Positions 1 to 6,541 of a stretch of DNA of 38,472 nt are shown piece after piece (position 1 is the stretch's first letter; each line of letters opens with the position of its first letter). Source of the stretch: an uncultured Candidatus Saccharibacteria bacterium. GTDB lineage: Bacteria > Patescibacteriota > Minisyncoccia > Phycocordibacterales > XYD1-FULL-46-19. The stretch is taken from assembly GCA_964433715.1 (NCBI GenBank), contig CAYSSL010000002.1:1-38472 (forward strand), read 5' to 3'. Both the position numbers and the translations under genes were made by a program. The notes below the pieces were generated by a model. The model made no database searches and was not told the origin of the DNA. It was given only the letters and a program-made list of their open reading frames with translations.

Positions 1-2
1 AG

Positions 3-155
3 CACACCGCGCACACTATAAACCCGGTGCCGGCGATTGTGACGGATAAAAATGTGTCGGTAAAAGAGGGGACACTCGCCGATATTGCACCGACCATATT
101 AAAGATTTTGGATTTACCAAAACCAGCTAGTATGACTGGTTGTGAGCTGGTTTAA
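3..155 (+). CDS. gpmI: 2,3-bisphosphoglycerate-independent phosphoglycerate mutase, C-terminal fragment (5' end cut by the window edge)
   Basis: Frame 3 reads [50 protein letters not shown], then TAA at 153-155. This matches the conserved iPGM C-terminus (HT..NPVP ... [16 protein letters not shown]). Confidence 0.7.
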   Translation, partial: HTAHTINPVPAIVTDKNVSVKEGTLADIAPTILKILDLPKPASMTGCELV

Positions 156-184
156 CCAATTTGCTTGCGTTACAATTTGTACCA

Positions 185-730
185 ATGATGGAAAAAGAAT
201 ATAAAGCTGGTTTTTCTTTGCTGGGCGTCATAGCTTTGCTTGGTGTTGTTTGTATTATTGTTTTGGTTGGGTATAGGTATAAAGATAATGTTGACCTAGA
301 TGATGAACGAGATATTTTACTGTCTATTGATAAGTGGCGACAAAAGATAGAAGCTGAAGAACAAGATGATCTTGATATTGCCAATAAAAAAATCAATAGC
401 GCTAGTACTACTGTTTCTAGAGGTAGTTTTGAAGATTATGATATTGATAAATTGCCAAACTATGCTGATCGGAGAATAATTCTTTTTTTCTTTGCGGCGT
501 GGAGCGAGTTTTCGCGTGATTTAGCCCTAGATATTGAAACAAATAGGGATCAAATACCGCTTGATGTAATAATTTTGAAAACAGATTTTGACCGGCGCCT
601 ATCTCTAAAGACCAAATACGGTGTATTAAAGGAAAATACTTTTGTCCAGATAGACGAAAATGGTCAGTTGGTTAAAAAATGGGTGGATAGTAAAAATTTG
701 GAAGAAATAATTTTAGAATTAAAATCATGA
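185..730 (+). CDS. membrane-anchored thioredoxin-fold protein with a degenerate active site (WSEFS in place of WCxxC)
   Basis: The N-terminal TM is GFSLLGVIALLGVVCIIVLVG. The C-terminal region IILFFFAAWSEFSRDL...KTKYGVLKENTFVQIDENGQLV follows the thioredoxin/TlpA pattern. The first ATG in the ORF is at 185 (the track start at 161 is TTG). The stop overlaps the rsmE start as ATGA. Confidence 0.5.
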   Translation: MMEKEYKAGFSLLGVIALLGVVCIIVLVGYRYKDNVDLDDERDILLSIDKWRQKIEAEEQDDLDIANKKINSASTTVSRGSFEDYDIDKLPNYADRRIILFFFAAWSEFSRDLALDIETNRDQIPLDVIILKTDFDRRLSLKTKYGVLKENTFVQIDENGQLVKKWVDSKNLEEIILELKS

Positions 731-1416
731 GGTTACATAGATTTATTGGTAGTTTTGATTTAGATAAAAAATCAATTCAAATTACAGATTTGGATTTGAT
801 TCACCAGTGGCGAAAGGTTTTACGTTTATCGGTTGGCGATAATATAATACTGGTAAATCAAGATTTAAAAATAGAAGCTAAGGCTAAGATTTTAAATTAT
901 TATTTAGATGGGGCAGAGGTAGAAATTGGTGAATTGAAAAAGGTGACTAGTGAGCCTAATACTCACCTTACTTTGTATTGTGCTGTTCTTAAAAAAGAAA
1001 ATTTTGAAATAGTGGTTCAGAAAGCTACCGAAGTGGGGGTGTCGGAAATAGTTCCAATAATGACGGAGCGGACGGTTAAACAGGGTTTGCGTTATGATCG
1101 CTTGAAAAAGATTGCCATGGAAGCTGCGGAACAGTCGGGGCGGGCGGTGGCGCCGGCTATTAGAGAGGCCATAGAATTTACTCAGGCAATACCAGATGGT
1201 GGTGAAAACTATTTTTTTCATACAGTAAACGACAACACCCCCACCTTTTCACCCAACAGTGAAAAGGTGGGGGTGTTTATTGGTCCCGAAGGTGGCTGGA
1301 CGGAAGCTGAGGTGGCACTAGCTCTAGAGAGAGGTTTTCATTTGTGTTCACTGGGACCAAGAGTTTTGCGGGGTGAGACAGCAGCGATCGTTGCTTGTTA
1401 TTTGGCCACTTTGTAA
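727..1416 (+). CDS. rsmE: 16S rRNA (uracil1498-N3)-methyltransferase RsmE
   Basis: N-terminus is MRLHRFIG. The C-terminal SPOUT motifs FIGPEGGWTEAE and LGPRVLRGETAA are present. Length of 229 aa is typical. Confidence 0.85.
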   Translation: MRLHRFIGSFDLDKKSIQITDLDLIHQWRKVLRLSVGDNIILVNQDLKIEAKAKILNYYLDGAEVEIGELKKVTSEPNTHLTLYCAVLKKENFEIVVQKATEVGVSEIVPIMTERTVKQGLRYDRLKKIAMEAAEQSGRAVAPAIREAIEFTQAIPDGGENYFFHTVNDNTPTFSPNSEKVGVFIGPEGGWTEAEVALALERGFHLCSLGPRVLRGETAAIVACYLATL

Positions 1417-1982
1417 GCAACCAATTGTCCAATATCACCAGCTGAACCGGTAGCCTCGCCTTCAATGCCGGTAGCATTTCCTGATAGATTAGAGACATTT
1501 CCCGAGATATTGGTAACATTGCCAGAAAGATTGCTGACGTTCCCGATTAGTTTGGTAACATTGCCAGAAATATTACTTGTGTTGCCGATGATATTGGAGA
1601 TGTCACCAACTAGGTCAGATACTTTACCATTTATATTGCTGGTGCGACCGCGAATATTGGTCACGTCACCTTCTAGTTGAGTTGTTTTGCCTACGATTCC
1701 GGACACATCACCCGATATTTTAGAGACATCACCAATAAGTCCGGAAACGTCACCGCGAATATTGGAAATGTCGCCCATAATATTGCTGGTATCACCAAAA
1801 ACGCCAGATATATCTCCACTTATTTTTGAGACATCACCGCTAATCCGGTGCAAATCGACATCACCCGATATTTTAGAGACATCACCTTTGATATCAGAAA
1901 AGTCACCCCATATGCCATGGTGAAGGCCGCGTACATTTTTAGTGTTAGTGTTCGCGCGGTGAACTATTTCGTCTAGGCTCAT
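1398..1982 (-). CDS. heptapeptide-repeat protein of unknown function, with about 23 tandem G-[DN]-[VIT]-[ST]-x-[IL]-x units and no signal peptide or TM
   Basis: The 194-aa ORF has a 25-aa head (MSLDEIVHRANTNTKNVRGLHHGIW). It is followed by GDFSDIK GDVSKIS GDVDLHRIS GDVSKIS GDISGVF ... GNVSNLS GNVTNIS GNVSNLS GNATGIE GEATGSA GDIGQLV. The frame stays open across a strict 21-nt periodicity. The antisense ORFs are repeat shadows. Confidence 0.75.
   Translation of the reverse strand: MSLDEIVHRANTNTKNVRGLHHGIWGDFSDIKGDVSKISGDVDLHRISGDVSKISGDISGVFGDTSNIMGDISNIRGDVSGLIGDVSKISGDVSGIVGKTTQLEGDVTNIRGRTSNINGKVSDLVGDISNIIGNTSNISGNVTKLIGNVSNLSGNVTNISGNVSNLSGNATGIEGEATGSAGDIGQLVAYKVAK
1419..1907 (-). repeat. 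in-frame 21-nt (heptad) tandem repeat array inside the CDS, including a 29-nt exact duplicate
   Basis: The array has 21-nt periodicity and is interrupted once by a 27-nt unit. The exact 29-mer acatcacccgatattttagagacatcacc occurs at 1705-1733 and at 1858-1886. Confidence 0.9.
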
Positions 1983-2011
1983 AATTTTAGTAAGCTAGGA
2001 TTAATGGTTAA

Positions 2012-2041
2012 ATTATAATGCAATTCATTAATCAGAGCCAA
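2012..2041 (-). promoter_or_regulatory. candidate sigma70-type promoter for the heptad-repeat gene
   Basis: On the minus strand, TATAAT is the reverse complement of 2012-2017. TTGGCT is the reverse complement of 2036-2041, giving an 18-nt spacer. The promoter lies about 30 nt upstream of the ATG at 1982. The -35 element is weak. Confidence 0.25.
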
Positions 2042-2042
2042 C

Positions 2043-2068
2043 AAAAAATCCCCCATAGGGGATTTTTT
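2043..2068 (-). terminator. intrinsic, bidirectional-looking terminator hairpin
   Basis: AAAAAATCCCC (2043-2053) pairs perfectly with GGGGATTTTTT (2058-2068) around a 4-nt loop. The A-run and T-run give a U-tract in either orientation. It sits 19 nt downstream of the minus-strand small ORF 2087-2215. Confidence 0.7.
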
Positions 2069-2086
2069 GTAATACTTCACATTCGC

Positions 2087-2215
2087 TTACTCAGCAGATG
2101 TTTCAGTTTCCTCTTCGGCGCCAGCTGTGGCGTCGTCTGAAGGGGTTCCCGTTGGTGCTGGTACTTCCACTACCGGTGCGTCGGCATCAGTTTGTGGGTT
2201 TTGTGTTTCGTCCAT
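2087..2215 (-). CDS. possible 42-aa acidic low-complexity small protein
   Basis: Hand translation of the minus strand gives MDETQNPQTDADAPVVEVPAPTGTPSDDATAGAEEETETSAE, then TAA. It is below the ORF-track size cutoff and is followed by the hairpin at 2043-2068. Coding status is uncertain, because a 41-aa ORF is also open on the plus strand (2098-2223). Confidence 0.25.
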   Translation of the reverse strand: MDETQNPQTDADAPVVEVPAPTGTPSDDATAGAEEETETSAE

Positions 2216-2359
2216 AGTTTTTTCTGTTAGACTAGCCCCCTTTAGAATAAAAGGCTAGAGATCCTTATAATGAAACTTAAGTCTAGCAGTTTAGTGAAGA
2301 TAAAACAATGAAAAACTAATTGGGAAGACATTTGAGTCCAGATCAGCTAGACTTATAGG

Positions 2360-2776
2360 ATGGAAGAAAAAACTATTATCGGTCGCTCGGAGTATATTGA
2401 CCTACCGAGCTTTAATATGTATGCTGTGCCGGCCAAGATTGATACTGGTGCTTATCGGGGTGCTTTACACTGTCGGGACATTAGGTTGAGTCCTGATGGG
2501 AAGGTTTTATATTTTAGACTTCTGGATGAGCGTCATCCAGAGTATAGCGACCAAGAACAGGCGCTGACAGATTTTGGTGTTGTACGGGTTAGAAATACCG
2601 GCAGTGATTGGCAAAATCGCTATAAAATAAAAATTGAAGTTGTTATTGCTGGTCAAAGTATTTTAACCGAAATGACTCTCACTGATAGAGCTGATATGCG
2701 CTTTCCGGTTTTAATTGGACGAAAAGCCTTGAAAAAGAGATTTTTAGTTAATGTGTCTAAAAAAATTAAGATTTAA
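2360..2776 (+). CDS. RimK-associated retropepsin-like protease (ATP-dependent zinc protease family PF05618, RimB-like)
   Basis: IGRSEYIDLPSFNMYAVPAKIDTGAYRGALHCRDI fits the family N-terminal signature (AKIDTGA). The gene is immediately upstream of rimK, which is the typical arrangement for this family. Confidence 0.7.
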   Translation: MEEKTIIGRSEYIDLPSFNMYAVPAKIDTGAYRGALHCRDIRLSPDGKVLYFRLLDERHPEYSDQEQALTDFGVVRVRNTGSDWQNRYKIKIEVVIAGQSILTEMTLTDRADMRFPVLIGRKALKKRFLVNVSKKIKI

Positions 2777-2789
2777 AAAAGATTTCTAT

Positions 2790-3713
2790 ATGAATATTGC
2801 GATTTTATCTACTAATCCAGACTTATATTCTACGAAGAGACTTTTGGAGGCTGCCGAAAACAGAGGTCATCAGGCTACTATTATCAACCATACAAAATGT
2901 AACTTGATAATGGAAAAAGGCCGACCGGCGATAGAGGTGGGTGGTAAAGCTATTACCAATATTGATGCCATTATCCCTCGTATTGGTGCCTCGGTTAGTT
3001 TTTTTGGGGCGGCGGTTATTCGTCAGTTTGAAATGCTCAAAGTTTTTTCCTCATTGTCTTCAATTGCCTTGGTGCGGTCGCGCGATAAACTGCGCAGTCT
3101 TCAGTTGATGTCAAAATTTGGATTAGGTATTCCCAAATCAGCTTTTGCTAAATTTCCTAAAGACCAAGATGTGGAAAATCTGATTGAGCAGGTTGGGGGC
3201 GCACCGGTTATCATAAAAGTTTTGCAGGGTACTCAGGGCTTGGGTATCGTTTTGGCTGAAACTACCAATTCCGCCAAATCAATGGTGGAAGCTTTTTCTG
3301 GGCTACGTCAAAATATTTTAATTCAAGAATTTATTGAGGAGGCTAGGGGAGAGGATATTAGAGCTTTTGTTGTTGGTAATGAGGTGGTGGCCGCTATGAA
3401 GCGGATTGGTAAAAGTGGAGAGTTTCGCTCTAATCTGCATCGAGGAGGGGTAGCTGAACCAATTACTTTATCAAAAAAAGAAAAAGCGGTTGCTCTTGAG
3501 GCGGCCAAGGCAATGGGTCTATCTATTGCCGGCGTAGATCTTTTACAGTCTAGTCGCGGCATGCTCGTAATTGAGGTAAATTCGTCGCCTGGTTTGCAGG
3601 GTATTGAACGGGCCACCGGTGTTGATGTGGCTGAAAAAATAATTGAATTTATTGAAGCGGGGATGAGAAAGCGAAATCTAACCAAAAAGAAAACCCAAAA
3701 AAATATTCTTTAG
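2790..3713 (+). CDS. rimK: ribosomal protein S6--L-glutamate ligase RimK (ATP-grasp)
   Basis: MNIAILSTNPDLYSTKRLLEAAENRGHQ is the canonical RimK N-terminus. The ATP-grasp core is present (PVIIKVLQGTQGLGIVL, EDIRAFVVG, GVDLL...LVIEVNSSPGL). ATG at 2790 is preferred over the track start at 2751, which would overlap the upstream gene. Confidence 0.9.
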   Translation: MNIAILSTNPDLYSTKRLLEAAENRGHQATIINHTKCNLIMEKGRPAIEVGGKAITNIDAIIPRIGASVSFFGAAVIRQFEMLKVFSSLSSIALVRSRDKLRSLQLMSKFGLGIPKSAFAKFPKDQDVENLIEQVGGAPVIIKVLQGTQGLGIVLAETTNSAKSMVEAFSGLRQNILIQEFIEEARGEDIRAFVVGNEVVAAMKRIGKSGEFRSNLHRGGVAEPITLSKKEKAVALEAAKAMGLSIAGVDLLQSSRGMLVIEVNSSPGLQGIERATGVDVAEKIIEFIEAGMRKRNLTKKKTQKNIL

Positions 3714-3724
3714 TCTTTGAACTA

Positions 3725-4267
3725 TTAATCAGTAGGTTCGTCTGGTCGTCGGCTAGCCAAAAATTCTCTTTTATATTCTTTTAGGATGACATCTTTTACT
3801 TGTTGGGGATGAGCGGCAAAGCGAATAATAAATTCGTTTTGTTCGCCAGCTGTTTGGACGTGGAGGTGTCCGTAGTCTAAAAGGGTAGGTAAAAATCCGG
3901 GTACTTTTATGGTAACGTCTTGGATGTGATCTAGTCTAAAGGTGGAAACTTCTCTGTGAAATAAAGATTTCTGATCAATATCAATTATTTTTTGGTCGGT
4001 GATAATCCAAACATCTAAATAATAATCAGTCCAAATTAGAAAAAAATATATCCAGACCAACAAAAGCCAAATCATATAGAAAAAACCACCAAAGTAAAAT
4101 AATTTGGGTGACAGAGAAAGATCAAACCACATTATAAACATCAAAGCTATCACAATAGGAGCGAGGCCGGCTAAAAGAGATCCGATGGCCTCGATTAGAA
4201 AAATAAACCAATGTTTTCGCACCTCCAATAGAGATCTTTCGTTTATGTCTAGACTGACGTTTTTCAT
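3725..4267 (-). CDS. membrane protein with a bacterial PH-like domain (YdbS/YdbT-like, bPH_2)
   Basis: Two TM helices (FIFLIEAIGSLLAGLAPIVIALMFIMWF and FYFGGFFYMIWLLLVWIYFFLIW) are followed by TDYYLDVWIITDQKIIDIDQKSLFHREVSTFRLDHIQDV...HLHVQTAG. The ATG at 4267 overlaps the upstream stop as ATGA, so it is preferred over the track start at 4330. Confidence 0.6.
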   Translation of the reverse strand: MKNVSLDINERSLLEVRKHWFIFLIEAIGSLLAGLAPIVIALMFIMWFDLSLSPKLFYFGGFFYMIWLLLVWIYFFLIWTDYYLDVWIITDQKIIDIDQKSLFHREVSTFRLDHIQDVTIKVPGFLPTLLDYGHLHVQTAGEQNEFIIRFAAHPQQVKDVILKEYKREFLASRRPDEPTD

Positions 4268-4497
4268 ATAGCTGAAAAGAGGGTGATAAAAAATATCATT
4301 CCCCCAAATATTAAAAGTAGAGCCAGACAATAAACGGCCTCAGCAAAAATTGCAGTTTGTCCGCCAGTGCTGAAATTGCGCCAATGATAAGCAAATATCC
4401 AACTCATAATGGCTGTATAGATGAGACTGATGCCAAATATTGCCCACAGGTGCGATGGCTCGACCACTAACATAAAAGAATCCAATATGTTAAGCAT
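4264..4497 (-). CDS. small (77 aa) integral membrane protein, translationally coupled to the downstream bPH gene
   Basis: It has three hydrophobic segments. Its TGA stop (4264-4266) overlaps the ATG (4265-4267) of the next minus-strand gene. Confidence 0.45.
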   Translation of the reverse strand: MLNILDSFMLVVEPSHLWAIFGISLIYTAIMSWIFAYHWRNFSTGGQTAIFAEAVYCLALLLIFGGMIFFITLFSAI

Positions 4498-4584
4498 TGG
4501 TTTGATTATAACAAACAGGGGGCTTTCGTGGCTATGTTTAAAACTGTATAATTGTTTTAGCCTTAATTAAGGTTAATATAAAAA

Positions 4585-5067
4585 ATGTTAAGCAAAAAAA
4601 GGGCGGTAAAATTTATTTTAGTGGGGTTTATTATCTTGTTGCTAGTGATACTAACCACAGTTTCTTGGTTTAGTATTTTTTATGAGCCCAATGATGGTGA
4701 GGCATTACTAAATCAACGGGTGGGTTTTGTTAGGTCTGTCTATGAAGGCAAGACTGGATTTTATGTTGTAGTAGATGATTCAGCTTCGGTTTTGTCTGAG
4801 TTGTGTAGTCGTGATTCTATCTCTAGGCCCGAATGCGACGACTCTAGTTCTAGAACATTGGCGGGGACACGGGAAGTTAAATTATCCCAGCGAGTTTCTT
4901 TTATTACTTATAATGATGAGGGGAAGAAAAATGTTCACCACTATTCACCAAGGAGACTAAAAAGTGTTTTAAATGAAGACCTGTCTTTCCAAGAAATCCC
5001 TTTTATTATATCGGTGAAAAATGATATGGTGACCGAGGTGGAAGAAATTTATGATCCACTGCTGTAG
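4585..5067 (+). CDS. hypothetical N-terminally membrane-anchored protein
   Basis: The 160-aa ORF starts MLSKKRAVKFILVGFIILLLVILTTVSWF, a signal anchor. I recognise no family. It is the first of four tightly spaced plus-strand genes (4585-7315). Confidence 0.5.
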   Translation: MLSKKRAVKFILVGFIILLLVILTTVSWFSIFYEPNDGEALLNQRVGFVRSVYEGKTGFYVVVDDSASVLSELCSRDSISRPECDDSSSRTLAGTREVKLSQRVSFITYNDEGKKNVHHYSPRRLKSVLNEDLSFQEIPFIISVKNDMVTEVEEIYDPLL

Positions 5068-5075
5068 ATAAAATA

Positions 5076-6017
5076 ATGCTGAAATTTATTGCAACAAGTT
5101 TAACGATTGTATTTCTATTAATAATGTCTTTGTTGCTAGGCGTTTATTTTTTAGCCGTAGAGGATAATGCTGATTCTATTGGTTTGGAAAATGTCTCATC
5201 TGGTCAATCGGTGGGCACTTCGGCTTTGAGTAGAGCACGGGAAGCACTTGTTGTTTTAGGAAATTTGGCCTTTTCGCCATTAGAACAATCTGTGACAAAG
5301 GTGGTGACACCGGGGCCACTCAACCTACTTTCTTCGGTGGGATATGTATCTTATGATAGTCGTTTAACGCCAGCTGGAGTTATTGCTTTTACTAATGAAG
5401 AGAGGTTGCGGGTAAATTTACCAGCCTTAACCGAAAGCGCCAAGTTAAATGAGGTGGCTCGCCGACGGCTGGAAGATATGTTTTTGAAACAGTATTTTGC
5501 TCATAATTCTCCAGCTGGCAATGGGGTGGCCGAAGAGGCAAAGGTGGTCGGTTATGCTTATATTGTGGTCGGAGAAAATTTAGCCCTCGGTTCTTTTTCT
5601 GGTGATAAAGCGGTAGTGAGAGCGTGGATGGATAGTGCGGGACATAAAGCCAATATGTTGGCTAAACGATATTCTGATATTGGTGTCGCTGTCGGTGAGG
5701 GTATGTTTAAGGGTCGGCGCGCCCAACTGGCGGTCCAAATATTTGGTACCCCCTTAGCTCTGTGCCCCGTGCCGAGTGAGTCTATAAAATCAACAATTTA
5801 CGCTAATAAAGAAAAAATTGACAACTTGCAAAAGGAGCTAGCTCAGTTAAAAACAGATATTGGTGATGCTGGCTGGATGGGCGGTTCCACTGCAAAGACG
5901 AGCCAGTATAATAAATTAGCCAATGAGTTTAATAAGTTAATCGAAGAAACAAAGGTGGCGATTGAAAATTATAATAGTCAGGTTCGTATTTTTAATAATT
6001 GCGCTAACAATAAATAG
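5076..6017 (+). CDS. CAP/SCP (YkwD-like) domain protein with an N-terminal anchor and a C-terminal coiled-coil tail
   Basis: The region TNEERLRVNLPALTESAKLNEVARRRLEDM...YFAHNSP...GENLA...VVRAWMDSAGHKANML...YSDIGVAV follows the CAP domain pattern. The tail KEKIDNLQKELAQLKTDI...NKLANEFNKLIEETKVAIENYN looks helical. Confidence 0.8.
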   Translation: MLKFIATSLTIVFLLIMSLLLGVYFLAVEDNADSIGLENVSSGQSVGTSALSRAREALVVLGNLAFSPLEQSVTKVVTPGPLNLLSSVGYVSYDSRLTPAGVIAFTNEERLRVNLPALTESAKLNEVARRRLEDMFLKQYFAHNSPAGNGVAEEAKVVGYAYIVVGENLALGSFSGDKAVVRAWMDSAGHKANMLAKRYSDIGVAVGEGMFKGRRAQLAVQIFGTPLALCPVPSESIKSTIYANKEKIDNLQKELAQLKTDIGDAGWMGGSTAKTSQYNKLANEFNKLIEETKVAIENYNSQVRIFNNCANNK

Positions 6018-6022
6018 TAAAT

Positions 6023-6526
6023 ATGACACTGGCGACTCATGGCGTAGTGGGGGCAACAATAGCAGTGGTTTGGCCTACCCAACCACTACTGGCCATAGGC
6101 TTAGCTTTTTTAAGCCACTTTCCTTTAGACGCTATTCCACATTGGGATTATCCGATCTCTTCTTTAGATAAAGAAGAGGCAGCTAGAGGTACGGTGAGGA
6201 TGCAGTGGGGCCGAGGGTTTGTGATTGATCTGGTTCGGATCGGTGCTGATGGCTTATTGGGCCTTTTTCTGGCCCTAGTGGTGAGAGAATTGAGCGTTAC
6301 TTATATAAGTTTGTGGTGGGTTATGGCGGGAGCGGTAGCTGGAATGTTGCCGGATGGTCTTCAGTTTGTCTATGGTCGTTTGGGTGGTCGGGTGCTCGGA
6401 TTTATTCAAAGAATTCATAACTTCTTTCATACTAGTTGGCGCTTGAGTGGCCGACCGATAGTTGGTATAGGTTCACAAATTATGCTGGTTGTAGTTATTC
6501 TTGGTTTAGTTGTTTGGCTAGGCTAA
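6023..6526 (+). CDS. polytopic membrane protein, possibly a YdjM/DUF457-like metal-dependent hydrolase
   Basis: It has four to five hydrophobic segments. The motif LSHFPLDAIPHWDY resembles the His/Asp motif of the membrane-bound DUF457 family. The family call is tentative. Confidence 0.45.
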   Translation: MTLATHGVVGATIAVVWPTQPLLAIGLAFLSHFPLDAIPHWDYPISSLDKEEAARGTVRMQWGRGFVIDLVRIGADGLLGLFLALVVRELSVTYISLWWVMAGAVAGMLPDGLQFVYGRLGGRVLGFIQRIHNFFHTSWRLSGRPIVGIGSQIMLVVVILGLVVWLG

Positions 6527-6541
6527 TAATTTAATTATTTT

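Noticed and set aside
1419-1907. The regular short-period repeat array could be mistaken for a CRISPR or minisatellite locus
   Set aside because: The period is 21 nt with no unique spacers. The units are degenerate at third codon positions, and the array maintains one long open reading frame. It is therefore a coding tandem repeat.
1465-1923. Two plus-strand ORFs (1465-1680 and 1687-1923) with PE/SP-rich repeats, antisense to the heptad gene
   Set aside because: They are mirror-frame shadows of the 21-nt repeat. Their Pro/Leu/Ser-rich low-complexity products have no start context. The minus-strand frame is longer, is continuous and has a promoter-like element.
4561-4572. Perfect 12-bp palindrome CCTTAATTAAGG, 13 nt upstream of the ATG at 4585
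   Set aside because: It is short, AT-rich and occurs only once in an AT-rich divergent intergenic region. It could be an operator, but chance occurrence is plausible and there is no second copy to support a regulatory role.
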